In this document: positions 36,860 through 46,636 of the stretch, in pieces
Numbering within the stretch: the stretch's first letter is position 1
Layout: each line of letters begins with the position of its first letter
Origin: an uncultured Oscillospiraceae bacterium
GTDB taxonomy: Bacteria > Bacillota > Clostridia > Oscillospirales > Oscillospiraceae
Direction: 5' to 3'
Assembly (NCBI GenBank): GCA_910584805.1
Contig: CAJUCB010000004.1
Span: 1 to 51,217, forward strand
Length of the DNA: 51,217 bases
Position numbers and translations under genes: made by a program
The notes under the pieces: generated by a model
What the model was told of the DNA's origin: nothing
Seen by the model: only the letters and a program-made list of their open reading frames with translations
The model's database searches: none

Positions 36860-39421
36860 TCAATACTGCGTCACCCAGAGGGAGAGGAACAGCAGCGGCA
36901 CGAACCACAGCAGCAGGTACATAGACAGGGTCCAGGCGGTGAGGGCTACGGTGGCCCCGCCGCTGGACAGGGTGGCGGTGAGGAACACCCCCACGCAGGC
37001 GCTGGCACACACCAGGATGGTGTTCAGCCAGTGGGCCCTCCGGATGCGGCGGGCGCTGATGAGGGCATCGGAGAAGGGCGGCAAGCCCTCCCGGCACAGC
37101 ACCGCCACCAAGGTGTTGTCGTGCTTCTGGTTGGGGCCAGAGAGCAGGAAGCGCTTTTGCAGGTCCGGGAAGTTGATTTTATTGGCCGGGAGCTGCCCAC
37201 TCAGCCGCAGCCGGTGGGGGCTGAGGTTGAAGTCCCGGGTCACCAGCAGGGGGTTGAGCCGATGGGCAAACATGGCCCGCAGGGCGGGGAGGATGGTGGG
37301 ATGGAGGGTATAGCGCAGGGTAAAGGCCCCGGCTAAGTCCCCGTCCACGGCACAGAAAATGGCGTCCTTGGCCTTGATCTCCGGGGGGATGGTGTGGCCC
37401 AGGCGGCTCATAAAGCCGCTGTTGCCCACGTGGACCTGCAGCCCGCCGATCTGCCCCGCCAGGCCCCCGGGCTGCATCAGCAGCCGTTCCACGGCGGAGT
37501 AGTTGCCGTGGTATTCCTGAAGGAGGCGGTCGAAGGGGTAGGCCAGCCCGGAGGCGGACACCCGAACCACCGAGGCCGCCAGGGCCACCACCCGGTCCAC
37601 AGAGAAGGCCCCCAGGGGGGTGGCTTTGGTGATGACCACGGAGCCGGGGGGGTAGAGGTCGTAGTCCCCCAGGGCGGCGGTGCGGCAGCCCCGGCTGTTG
37701 TCGACCCCAGGCCAGCCTGCCAGGGCCACCCCCAGGCGGGAGAGCTTCTTGCTCAGGAGCTTCGCCGGCAGGCTCAGCATCATGGGCGCCCCCAGGGTGG
37801 CGGCGGCGGTGAACAGGGCCGACAGGGACCAGAACACCAGCTTGGGCTGGTGGTGGGCTACGGTGGTCAGCAGGCCTAAGCCCAGGCAGGCCGCCAGCAG
37901 CACAATGGTCAGCCGCTGGAAGCGCAGGGCCCCCTGGCTGGTGCTGCGGATTTGGCTGCCGAAGCCAGCGGGGGTGCCAATCCACTTGCGAAACGCGCTC
38001 TGGCTGCCGTAGATTTCCGGGTCCTTGGTGACCACGTAGGGTTGGGCCACGGTGGCGGCTGTCTTGCAGGCCTCCCAGCGGGTGGAGATGGTGAAATAAT
38101 GCCCCAACAGGTGGAAGGCCAGCACCAGGGCGCAGGGGGCCAAAAACGGCACCGTAAAGGGCCGGAACTCCATGGTCATCATGGTGGCGGTGTCCACCAC
38201 GGTAAAGAGGGTGGCAAACAGCGCCAGGCTGTCCTCATTGGGCCGCAGGTGGATCAGGTGCATCACACCCTCCTCCAACACCTCTAAGGCCAGCACAGCG
38301 CACACCCCAAAGAGCACCAGCCCCACCGGCAAGAGCAGCTTGTCCGGGATCAGGCCGTTTAACATGGGGAACAGGCCGCTGACCTTGGTGTAGGTGATGG
38401 CCAGCAGCACCACCGCTACCACCATGGAGAAGATGCAGCGGGGCTGCAAGCCCCCCAACACCTCCTCATACTCCTTGGCCAACTGCCCTGGGGGGGCGTC
38501 TGGCGGCGGCTCCACGGGGGCCTTGGCCTGGCGCTCCCAGGGGAAGTGGAATTTACGTCCGGCCTCCGCCCCCTCGGCCTGGGCGGTTTCGCCCCCCTCT
38601 GGCGGCGGGGACGCCTTAGGCGGTGGCGGGCCCTGGACCTGCCCGGCCTCCCCCGGCTCCTTCTCGCCAAAGACCAACAAGTCCGGCCCGTCAGAGGTGG
38701 GGACTTCTTGGGGTTCCCCTTCCTCCTCCTCATCCTCCTCGTCGCTGTCCTGGGGGGCGGGGGATTCCGCCCCCTCTGGGGCGTTGGATGCCGGGGCTGC
38801 CTGCCCCTCCTCCTGCTGGGGGGCGGCCCCCTCCGCTGCCCCCTCCGCCGGGGCCTCTGCCTCTGGCGGGGCAGGGGAGGTATCCCCCTCCTCTGGGCCG
38901 CTTTCCGGGGCAGCCTGGGACGGCCCCGGGGCAGCGCTGGGCTGGCCCCCCCCTTGGGGGGCCGCAGGGGCCTGCTGCTGCGCCGCCTGGACTGTCTTGG
39001 CAATCTCCTCCACCACGGGCCCCCCTTGGGCCGGTACGGTGGCCTGGGAGGCGGCCCCCGCCTGGGAGGCGGCCCCCGCCTGGGGGGCAGCCCCTGCCTG
39101 GGAGGCAGCCCCTGCCTGGGGGGCAACCCCTGCCTGGGGGGTGGTCTGAGGCGGCGCGGGGGGTGGGGCCTGGACTGGTGGGGGGCTCCCCGCCGGGGGC
39201 TTGGAGCCAGGGGTAAAGCGCCGGGTGGCCTCCATGGCCTGCCCCTCGGGCTGGGAGGCCTCCCCCTTTGGAGGCTGGGCCGCCGGGGCCTTCTCCGCCG
39301 GGGGCTTGGCCACCGACAGCTCCGGCGCCTGGGGCGCCAGGGGGGCAGGGCCTTTGCCTGGGGGGGGGAAGTCGGAATACTCCCACAGTATGTCCTTTAA
39401 GCTGTAGTTATCATCTGCCAT
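36860..39421 (-). CDS. Membrane protein with disordered N-terminus and degenerate P1B-ATPase-like C-terminal half
   Basis: ~310-aa Pro/Ala/Glu/Gln-rich region, multiple TMs, VHVGN and AVDGDLAG...LLVTRD segments resembling N/P domains; no DKTGT. Confidence 0.75.
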   Translation of the reverse strand: MADDNYSLKDILWEYSDFPPPGKGPAPLAPQAPELSVAKPPAEKAPAAQPPKGEASQPEGQAMEATRRFTPGSKPPAGSPPPVQAPPPAPPQTTPQAGVAPQAGAASQAGAAPQAGAASQAGAASQATVPAQGGPVVEEIAKTVQAAQQQAPAAPQGGGQPSAAPGPSQAAPESGPEEGDTSPAPPEAEAPAEGAAEGAAPQQEEGQAAPASNAPEGAESPAPQDSDEEDEEEEGEPQEVPTSDGPDLLVFGEKEPGEAGQVQGPPPPKASPPPEGGETAQAEGAEAGRKFHFPWERQAKAPVEPPPDAPPGQLAKEYEEVLGGLQPRCIFSMVVAVVLLAITYTKVSGLFPMLNGLIPDKLLLPVGLVLFGVCAVLALEVLEEGVMHLIHLRPNEDSLALFATLFTVVDTATMMTMEFRPFTVPFLAPCALVLAFHLLGHYFTISTRWEACKTAATVAQPYVVTKDPEIYGSQSAFRKWIGTPAGFGSQIRSTSQGALRFQRLTIVLLAACLGLGLLTTVAHHQPKLVFWSLSALFTAAATLGAPMMLSLPAKLLSKKLSRLGVALAGWPGVDNSRGCRTAALGDYDLYPPGSVVITKATPLGAFSVDRVVALAASVVRVSASGLAYPFDRLLQEYHGNYSAVERLLMQPGGLAGQIGGLQVHVGNSGFMSRLGHTIPPEIKAKDAIFCAVDGDLAGAFTLRYTLHPTILPALRAMFAHRLNPLLVTRDFNLSPHRLRLSGQLPANKINFPDLQKRFLLSGPNQKHDNTLVAVLCREGLPPFSDALISARRIRRAHWLNTILVCASACVGVFLTATLSSGGATVALTAWTLSMYLLLWFVPLLFLSLWVTQY
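39042..39141. repeat. Coding tandem repeat, 18 bp x ~5.5
   Basis: GCCTGGG(A/G)GGC(A/G)(G/A)CCCC(C/T) units encoding QAG(A/V)A(P/S). Confidence 0.85.
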
Positions 39422-39443
39422 AGGATAGCCTCATCAATCAAAG

Positions 39444-40205
39444 TCACAGCCGCTGCCGCACGGCTTCGTAAAGCAGCACCGCCGCCGCCGCGCTGGCATT
39501 GAGGGAGTTCAGCTTCCCCCGCAGGGGAATGCTCACCAGCACGTCGCAGCGCTCCGCCACCAGGCGGCTCATGCCGCTGCCCTCGGAGCCAATGACAATG
39601 GCGGCAGGGCCTTTCAAGTCCGCGTCATACAGGGGGGTGGCAGCCTCGGCGGCGGCGCCGAAAATCCACAGCCCCTCCTTCTTCAAGCGCTCCAACAGGG
39701 AGGCCAGGTTGGCCACCCGGGCCACCGGCAGGTGGCTCACCGCCCCGGCGGAGGTCTTGGCCACCACCGCGGTGAGCCCCGCGGAGCGGCGCTTGGGAAT
39801 GACCACCCCGTGGGCCCCGGCACACTCGGCGGTGCGGATCACCGCCCCCAGGTTGTGGGGGTCGGTGAGCTCGTCGCAGATCACCACCAGGGGGGCCTCC
39901 CCCTTGGCCTTGGCGGCGGCCAGGATGTCCTCCACACTGGCGTATTCCCGCACCGCCGCCACGGCAATGACCCCCTGGTGGGCATGGGTGCGGCTCATGG
40001 CGTCCAGCTTGCGCCGGTCGGCGTGGGACACCACAATCCCCCGCTCCCGGGCGGCGGAGGCAATGTGGCCCAGGGCGCTGTCCCCCTCGCCTTTGAGCAG
40101 GTATATCTTATCTATGGCCGTCCCCGCCCGCAGGGCCTCGGTGACGGCGTTGCGGCCCTCGATGATCCCATCGGGGGCGGACGCTGGAAGGTTCTCTTTC
40201 ATCAC
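39444..40205 (-). CDS. rlmB: 23S rRNA (Gm2251) methyltransferase
   Basis: EGRNAV, HQGVIA, DPHNLGAVIRTA, IGSEG, SLNAS SPOUT motifs. Confidence 0.95.
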   Translation of the reverse strand: MMKENLPASAPDGIIEGRNAVTEALRAGTAIDKIYLLKGEGDSALGHIASAARERGIVVSHADRRKLDAMSRTHAHQGVIAVAAVREYASVEDILAAAKAKGEAPLVVICDELTDPHNLGAVIRTAECAGAHGVVIPKRRSAGLTAVVAKTSAGAVSHLPVARVANLASLLERLKKEGLWIFGAAAEAATPLYDADLKGPAAIVIGSEGSGMSRLVAERCDVLVSIPLRGKLNSLNASAAAAVLLYEAVRQRL

Positions 40206-40370
40206 AATGCTTCGTTCCTATATCTATAAATTTTGAAAGTACATTATACCATAAAGCCACGGGAAGAAAAAGTACTTTTTGTTACCGTTTTCACTCTCTC
40301 AAACCCAGAGCTTGATTCCCCCACCCGCTTGTGGTAAGATAGAGAAAATGGAAAAAAGGACGTTATTTGC

Positions 40371-41513
40371 ATGGAAATCAACGGCACCACAGTGGAACTC
40401 GATTTACGATACAGCGAAATGAACCTCTCCCCTGGCCTGCTGCGGGCCCTGGATGAAAAGGGCTTTACCCTGGCCACCCCGGTGCAGGCCGGGGCCATCC
40501 CCTGCTTCAAGGACTGGAAGGACGTCATTGCCAAGGCCCCCACCGGCTCCGGCAAGACCTTTGCCTTTGGCATCCCCATGGTGGAGCACACCAACCCCCA
40601 GGGCCTGGACGTCACCGGCCTGATCCTAGCCCCCACCCGGGAGCTGGCCATGCAGATTCAGGACGAGCTGCGCCAGCTGTGCGCCTTCCTCCCCGGCATC
40701 CGGGTGGCCTGCCTCTACGGCGGGCAGCCCATTGAACGGCAGATCAACCTCTTGAAAAAACGCCCGCAAATCGTGGTGGCCACCCCGGGGCGGCTGATGG
40801 ACCACATGAAGCGCCGCACCGTGCGCCTGCATAAGGTGGAAACCGTGGTGCTGGACGAGGCCGACCGGATGCTGGACATGGGCTTCATCAAGGATGTCAC
40901 CCACATCCTCAAGCAAATCCCCAACCGCCGGAACCTGGGGATGTTCTCCGCCACCATCTCCCGGGAGGTCATGGATATCTCCTGGGTCTACCAGCGCGAC
41001 CCTGTGGAAATCGTGGTGCGCCCCCTCCAAGAGAACCGCCCCAAAATCAGCCAGTACCGCCTAAAAGTGGACCTGGGGGGCAAGGTGGACCTGCTCACCA
41101 CCATCCTGGAAACCCAAAAGCTGGACCGGGTGATTGTGTTCTGCAACACCAAGAACAACACCGACCGCATCACCGGCCTGCTGCGCATGCGGCAGATCTC
41201 CGCCCAGTGCATTCACGGGGACCTGGGGCAGAAGGTCCGGGAGCAGGTGCTCACCGCCTTCCGCAAGGGGGAGCTGCGGGTGCTGGTGGCCACCGACGTG
41301 GCCGCCCGGGGCCTGGACATCGACGATGTGGACGCAGTGATCAACTATGATATCCCCGAAGAGGGGGAATACTATGTCCACCGCATCGGCCGCACCGGCC
41401 GGGCCAAGCACCAGGGGGCGGCTTACAACCTCCTCTCCTCCATCACCGAGGAAATCCGCCTGGACGAAATCGCCCGGAACAACAAGTACGAAATCAAACC
41501 CATTACACTATAA
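40371..41513 (+). CDS. DEAD-box RNA helicase
   Basis: APTGSGKT, PTRELA, TPGR, DEAD, SAT, ARGLD, HRIGRTGR. Confidence 0.95.
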   Translation: MEINGTTVELDLRYSEMNLSPGLLRALDEKGFTLATPVQAGAIPCFKDWKDVIAKAPTGSGKTFAFGIPMVEHTNPQGLDVTGLILAPTRELAMQIQDELRQLCAFLPGIRVACLYGGQPIERQINLLKKRPQIVVATPGRLMDHMKRRTVRLHKVETVVLDEADRMLDMGFIKDVTHILKQIPNRRNLGMFSATISREVMDISWVYQRDPVEIVVRPLQENRPKISQYRLKVDLGGKVDLLTTILETQKLDRVIVFCNTKNNTDRITGLLRMRQISAQCIHGDLGQKVREQVLTAFRKGELRVLVATDVAARGLDIDDVDAVINYDIPEEGEYYVHRIGRTGRAKHQGAAYNLLSSITEEIRLDEIARNNKYEIKPITL

Positions 41514-41534
41514 GAGGAACCGGTTGCAACGATT

Positions 41535-42446
41535 ATGATACGCTTTCAAGCACCCACCCCCGCCCAGCGCGGTTGGGCCCAGCCCCTGCTGATGGCGGAG
41601 GGGCTGCCCCTGTGCGACTACAGCTTCCCCCTGCTGTGCTGCTGGCGGGACGCCTATTCCACCGAGATTGCCCCCCTGGAACAGCGCCTGCTGGTGCGCC
41701 TGCACAACAGCCAGGGGACGGTCTATCTCTGGCCTGCCGGCCGGGGGGACCCCCGCCCCGCCCTGGACGCCATCCTCCAAGACGCCCACCGTCTGGACGA
41801 ACCCCTGCGTTTGGCCTCCCTGACGGCGGAGCACCAGGCCTGCCTGGAAGAACACTACCCCGGCCGCTTCTCCTTCCAGCCCCTGCGGGACGGCTTTGAC
41901 TACCTCTATGAGGTCCAGCGCCTGGCGCAGCTGCCGGGGAAGAAGCTCCACGCCAAGCGCAACCACATCCACCGCCTGGATGAGAACTGCCCCGGCTGGA
42001 CCTGGGCCCCCATGACCGACGCGGACCTCCCCCTGTGCCAGGCGCTGGACCGGAACTGGCTGAAGGCCGCCAAGGAGCGGGAGACCGCCCAGGGCCTGCG
42101 CTCCTTAGACCGGGAGCACCGGGCCCTGCAGCGGGCCCTCCAAGACCGGGCCCTGCTGGGCATCCACGGCTTGGTCCTGCGCTGGCAGGACCAGCTCTTG
42201 GGCTTCACCCTGGGGGCGCCCCTGAGCCCCACGGTGTTCGACGTGAGCTTTGAACGGGCCCGGGAGGATATCCAGGGGGCCTACCCCGCCGTCACCCGCT
42301 CCTTCGCCCGCTGGGTCCGGGAACACTACCCCGACATCCGCTACCTCAACCGGGAGGAGGACATGGGCCTGCCCGGCCTGCGCAAAGCAAAACAGTCCTA
42401 CTACCCAGACTTGATGGGGGAAAAAATTTACGCGGTGGAACAATAA
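41535..42446 (+). CDS. DUF2156 / aminoacyl-PG-synthase catalytic-like domain protein
   Basis: DYLY...L.GKKLHAKRNHI, FERA...GAY, YLNREEDMGLPGLRKAKQSYYP. Confidence 0.88.
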   Translation: MIRFQAPTPAQRGWAQPLLMAEGLPLCDYSFPLLCCWRDAYSTEIAPLEQRLLVRLHNSQGTVYLWPAGRGDPRPALDAILQDAHRLDEPLRLASLTAEHQACLEEHYPGRFSFQPLRDGFDYLYEVQRLAQLPGKKLHAKRNHIHRLDENCPGWTWAPMTDADLPLCQALDRNWLKAAKERETAQGLRSLDREHRALQRALQDRALLGIHGLVLRWQDQLLGFTLGAPLSPTVFDVSFERAREDIQGAYPAVTRSFARWVREHYPDIRYLNREEDMGLPGLRKAKQSYYPDLMGEKIYAVEQ

Positions 42447-42525
42447 GCACAGCGGGAAACCCGCTGTATCTCATGGATTCTCCACTATGATTGTATATTT
42501 TGTATATCTATAGGAGGTATGCTCT

Positions 42526-43401
42526 ATGATAACCATTCGCAGCTCCACCCAGGCAGACGTCCCCCTGCAAAAAGAGCTCTGGAAAAAGTGCTTCGGGGAC
42601 GCCAGCGCCTATATCGACGTATTCTACCAAAAATTCTGCACCCCGGATCAAGTCCTGGTGGTGGACGAGGACGGGGAAATCAACTCCATGGCCGCCATGC
42701 TCCCCAGCACCCTGGCCTTCCCCGACGGCACAGAAGTCCCCGTGGGCTACGTCTACGCCCTGGCCACCAACCCCTACGTCCAGGGGAAGGGCCACGCCCG
42801 GCAGCTCCTCAGCTACGGCGACCAATACCTAAAGGAAAAGGGCATGAAGGCCATGGTCCTGGTGCCCGCCTCCCCCTCCCTCCACCGCTTCTTCGAGGCC
42901 ATCGGGATGCAGGAGTGCTTCGCCACCCGGAAGGTGGAGGTACTCACCTCCAACCTCACCGGGAACACCGGCGGCGGCACCATGGCCCCCATCTCCCCCA
43001 AGGAGTACAATGAGATTCGGGAGACTTATTTGAAAGGCACCTTCCACATGACCTACACCGACCACATGGTCCAGTTCCAGCAGATTGGCAGCCACCTCTT
43101 CGGCGGCGACCTGTTCAAGCTGGAGTTTGGGGACACGGTGGGCTGTGCGGCCATTGAGTATGTCCAGCAGCGCCGCCTTTTGGTGAAGGAGCTGATGCTC
43201 CCCCAGGAGAAGATGCTCCAGGCGGTGGAGGTCATCAGCCAGGAGCTGGACGCCATCCGCTACCACATCCGCACCCCAGCCTTCTGGGACGGCATCAACG
43301 GCAGCTATGTCCAGCCCTTCGGCATGATTACCTGGTATGACCAGGAGCTGAAAGCCAAGTACCACAAGCAGGAGGGGTACTTGGGTCTGGCCTTTGATTG
43401 A
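42526..43401 (+). CDS. GNAT family N-acetyltransferase (Eis-like N-terminus)
   Basis: LWKKCFGD, YVYALATNP..QGKG, LVPA...L.RFF. Confidence 0.85.
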   Translation: MITIRSSTQADVPLQKELWKKCFGDASAYIDVFYQKFCTPDQVLVVDEDGEINSMAAMLPSTLAFPDGTEVPVGYVYALATNPYVQGKGHARQLLSYGDQYLKEKGMKAMVLVPASPSLHRFFEAIGMQECFATRKVEVLTSNLTGNTGGGTMAPISPKEYNEIRETYLKGTFHMTYTDHMVQFQQIGSHLFGGDLFKLEFGDTVGCAAIEYVQQRRLLVKELMLPQEKMLQAVEVISQELDAIRYHIRTPAFWDGINGSYVQPFGMITWYDQELKAKYHKQEGYLGLAFD

Positions 43402-43423
43402 TTTGTAAGCCTATGAAAAACGA

Positions 43424-43462
43424 CACGGGACCGCCACCAGCTTACGCTGGGGCGGTCCCGTG
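43424..43462. terminator. Terminator between convergent genes
   Basis: CACGGGACCGCC...GGCGGTCCCGTG with A- and T-rich flanks. Confidence 0.75.
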
Positions 43463-43493
43463 CCTTTTCTCTCTCTATATATGGGGCGGCGGC

Positions 43494-44639
43494 TCAGTCC
43501 ATAGGCGGCTTTCGCCGTCCGCCGCCCCGGCGGCGCCAATGGGAACGGCCTTTCTTGCCGTCCCGGCGCTCTGGTGGCTTGTCTCCCTTGCCGCCGCGGC
43601 TGCGGCTGCTGCGGTGGTGGCGGCGGCGGTTGCCCTCGCCCCCACGCTCGTGGGTGCCAGCAGGCTGGGCAGGGCTGCCTGCCTCCTCAAGTGCCTGGTA
43701 GGTAGACATATACTGGTCCAAGGCAGAGGCCAACTGGCTGGTGCTGGGCTCTGTCCCCGGGTCGGGGGGCCGGCGGAGCTTTTCCAGCTCTGCCTTGGGG
43801 GGCTCCACGTAGCCCTCGGGGCGCTTGCCCTTGCCGTTGCGGACAACCCGCAGCTCACTGTTGTGATAGGTGCTCAGGCTGTCCGGGGCGCTGTCCAGGC
43901 GGACCCGGCAGGTCTCCCGGAGGGTGTTGACGCTGATGATGGTCCCCGCCCCGTCGGGGGTCTCCACGAAGGAATCCGCCCGGGGACAGGTTTTGGCCAA
44001 ATCCTCATAGGCATGCTGCTCATAGTTCAGGCAGCACATCAAACGGCCACAGGTGCCGGAAATTTTGGTGGGATTCAGGGACAGGTTCTGGGTTTTCGCC
44101 ATCTTGATGGACACCGGCTGGAAGTCCTTCAAAAAGGAGGCGCAGCAGAAGGGGCGGCCGCACACACCCAGCCCCCCCAGGAGCTTGGCCTCGTCCCGGA
44201 TGCCAATCTGCCGCAGCTCAATGCGGGTGTGGAACACGGCGGCCAGGCTCTTCACCAGGCTCCGGAAGTCCACCCGCCCCTCGGAGGTGAAGAAGAAGAG
44301 GATTTTCGTGCCCTCAAAGGCGCACTCCACCCCCACCAGCTTCATTTCCAGCTTGTGTTCCAAAATCTTTTCCTGGCAGACCCGGAAGGCGTACTTCTCC
44401 TTCTCCCGGTTGCGCTCCACGATGAGCAGGTCCGCCTGGTTGGCCAGGCGCAGCACCGGGCGCAGGGGGTTGACCAGGGTTTCCGTGGGGTGCTCAAAGT
44501 TCCCCCGGACGCAGGTGGCATACTCCATGCCGGCGGCAGTTTCCACCATCACCCCGTCCCCTGGCCGGTAGGTGGCACCCTGGGGGTCAAAATAGTATTG
44601 CTTCCCTTCACTGCGGAAGCGAACGCTGATGATTTCCAT
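43494..44639 (-). CDS. ricT: PSP1-domain stage 0 sporulation protein RicT/YaaT
   Basis: RVDFRSLVK, RIELRQIG.RDEA, GVCGRPFCC, KISGTCGRLMCCL. Confidence 0.92.
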   Translation of the reverse strand: MEIISVRFRSEGKQYYFDPQGATYRPGDGVMVETAAGMEYATCVRGNFEHPTETLVNPLRPVLRLANQADLLIVERNREKEKYAFRVCQEKILEHKLEMKLVGVECAFEGTKILFFFTSEGRVDFRSLVKSLAAVFHTRIELRQIGIRDEAKLLGGLGVCGRPFCCASFLKDFQPVSIKMAKTQNLSLNPTKISGTCGRLMCCLNYEQHAYEDLAKTCPRADSFVETPDGAGTIISVNTLRETCRVRLDSAPDSLSTYHNSELRVVRNGKGKRPEGYVEPPKAELEKLRRPPDPGTEPSTSQLASALDQYMSTYQALEEAGSPAQPAGTHERGGEGNRRRHHRSSRSRGGKGDKPPERRDGKKGRSHWRRRGGGRRKPPMD

Positions 44640-44697
44640 AAAATTTAGTTACTCCTTAGGTTGAAAAGACCCGATGGCTTCTTTTCAACTGCGGCGG

Positions 44698-45426
44698 CTA
44701 TAACACCGCCATGATCCACCCCGCCAGATGGCCGGGGCTGATGTTGAAGGCACTGGCGGCCCGGATGGGTTCCAGGCGGTCCACCGCTTCCAGCAGCTTG
44801 GGCTGGCGGCTGGCCTCCTCCACCAGGCGGTTGTGGGCCTCCTCCAGGAGCAGGGCCAGCTCTTCCCGGCTCTTCTTCTCCAAGGAGACCAGGAAGGGCA
44901 GGGCTTCCAGGGTGGAGGCCGCCCCCATAAAGCAGGAGGCCAACACGGCCCCCTGGGCGCTGGCCTCCGCCTCCGCCTCCCCCCCGGCCCGGAGGGTCTC
45001 GCAGCGGGAGCGGATGGTGGGCAGCAGCAGGTCCGGGTTGGGGGTCAGGAAGAGGAAGCGGGCGTAGGCCGGCCCCTCCTCCACCAGCTTTAGGAGGATA
45101 TTCTGCCCTGTGGGGTTGAGCAAATGGGCGTGGGGGAGGACATACACCTTGGCGGGGGCCTCGTTGGGGCGGATATAGGCGTCGGACCGCAGGGCCCGGA
45201 CCTGCTCCGCCTTGAGCCCCTCCCCTTCCGGGTCCGCCAGGATGATATCCGGGTGGATGCCCTGGGCGGCTTTCCGGCAGCCGGAACAGCCCCCGCAGGG
45301 GGGCGTGGCCCCGGTACAGACCCAGGCGGCGGCCAACTGCCCCGCCAGGGCCTCCCGTGCCTCCCCGGTGACCAGGTAGGCATGGCTCAGCCTCCGCCGG
45401 GCCATGCGCTGTTCCAGGGGGGTCAT
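44698..45426 (-). CDS. holB: DNA polymerase III delta' subunit
   Basis: LSHAYL, PCGGCSGC, HPD, QNILLKLVEEGP, LPTIRSRC; holB-yaaT synteny. Confidence 0.88.
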   Translation of the reverse strand: MTPLEQRMARRRLSHAYLVTGEAREALAGQLAAAWVCTGATPPCGGCSGCRKAAQGIHPDIILADPEGEGLKAEQVRALRSDAYIRPNEAPAKVYVLPHAHLLNPTGQNILLKLVEEGPAYARFLFLTPNPDLLLPTIRSRCETLRAGGEAEAEASAQGAVLASCFMGAASTLEALPFLVSLEKKSREELALLLEEAHNRLVEEASRQPKLLEAVDRLEPIRAASAFNISPGHLAGWIMAVL

Positions 45427-46379
45427 GGCTGGGCCCCGAAGGCCCGCCGCAGGGCGGCGCAGCTCAGAGCATAGGCCACTTGGCTGGGGTCCGCGTCGGG
45501 GACGCTGAGCTCAAAGCAGTGGTAGCAGCCAGGGAATACGTGGTACTCCACCGGGACCCCCGCCGCCATCAGGCGGCTCCAATACTGGATGTTCTCGTCC
45601 CGGCCTGGGTCCAACTGGCCGATATAGGAGAAGAGGGGGGGCAGGCCTGTCAGGTCCTTGGCCAAGGCGGGGGAGACATACTGGCTGGGCAGCCCCCCCG
45701 GCCCCAGGAGCTTCTCCCAGGAGGCTTGGCAGTTGTCCAGGCACCAGACCTTTTTGTCGGTGATCTCCTGGGCGGAGGGGGTATCCAAACGGTAATCCAG
45801 CTCCGCGTACAGGGGCATTTGCAGGCAGAGGGCGGGGCCCTTCTTATCCCGGGCGTACAGGGCCACCGCCGCCGCCAGGTTCCCCCCGGCGGAGAGGCCG
45901 GCCACCGCCAGGCGTTCCGGGTCCACCCCCAGCGCCTGACCGTGGGCGTGGACCCACAGCAGGGCTTCGTAGCAGTCCAGCAGGGCGGCGGGGGCGGTCC
46001 ACTTGGGGGAGAGGCGGTACTCCACAGAGATCACCACGCAGCCCACGTTTTTCACATAGCGCTGGCACAAAGCCTCCTGGCGGTAGACGCTGCCAAAGAG
46101 GAAGCCACCCCCGTGGAAGAACAGCAGGCCGGGGAGGGTGTCACCGGGGCGCTGCTTAGGCTCGTAGATGCGCAATTTCACCTCCGGGGCCCCTTCCGGG
46201 CCGGGGATCCTCTGGTCCCGGACGCTGACGGCGGGGTCCTCCTTGAGGTTTTCCAGCTCTTGGGCGTTGCAGCGGGCCACGAAGTCCTCCAAGTGGTCGA
46301 AGTCGAAGCCAGGGGAGGCGTCGTACCAGGCTTGCAGCTGGGGGTGGATGCGCGGGCGCAGATCAGACATGTGGGTCAT
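45423..46379 (-). CDS. Alpha/beta hydrolase (HSL-family esterase/lipase)
   Basis: HGGGF, EYRLSP, GLSAGG, D and H catalytic candidates (LDPG, CYHCF). Confidence 0.9.
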   Translation of the reverse strand: MTHMSDLRPRIHPQLQAWYDASPGFDFDHLEDFVARCNAQELENLKEDPAVSVRDQRIPGPEGAPEVKLRIYEPKQRPGDTLPGLLFFHGGGFLFGSVYRQEALCQRYVKNVGCVVISVEYRLSPKWTAPAALLDCYEALLWVHAHGQALGVDPERLAVAGLSAGGNLAAAVALYARDKKGPALCLQMPLYAELDYRLDTPSAQEITDKKVWCLDNCQASWEKLLGPGGLPSQYVSPALAKDLTGLPPLFSYIGQLDPGRDENIQYWSRLMAAGVPVEYHVFPGCYHCFELSVPDADPSQVAYALSCAALRRAFGAQP

Positions 46380-46402
46380 CTCCTTCGTTCAAACGACGGT
46401 TA

Positions 46403-46622
46403 GGTTGGGCTCCGCCCAAACCCGGCAGGGGCGCTGCCCCTGCACCCTGCCACCTTTTGGTGTCACGCTACGCCTATTCGCGACGCGGTTCTAAGCCCCT
46501 CCGACTCCGGCGAACCCATCCGGGGCCTATGGCCCCTCCTTGGGCTTCGCCTGCGCTCCGGGGCTTAGCCCGCTGCTCATGACGGCTTCGCGCTTCGACT
46601 GAAAAAGGTGGACGAAAACTTT
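46403..46622. repeat. Composite palindromic intergenic repeat
   Basis: TTGGGC-tcc-GCCCAA, GCAGGGGC-gct-GCCCCTGC; CCACCTTTT (46450-46458) pairs with AAAAGGTGG (46603-46611) around an internal hairpin set. Confidence 0.6.
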
Positions 46623-46636
46623 AATCTACTTCTACT

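Noticed and set aside
39042..39141. Tandem repeat as a CRISPR array
   Set aside because: No spacers, lies in frame within a CDS, and no cas genes are present
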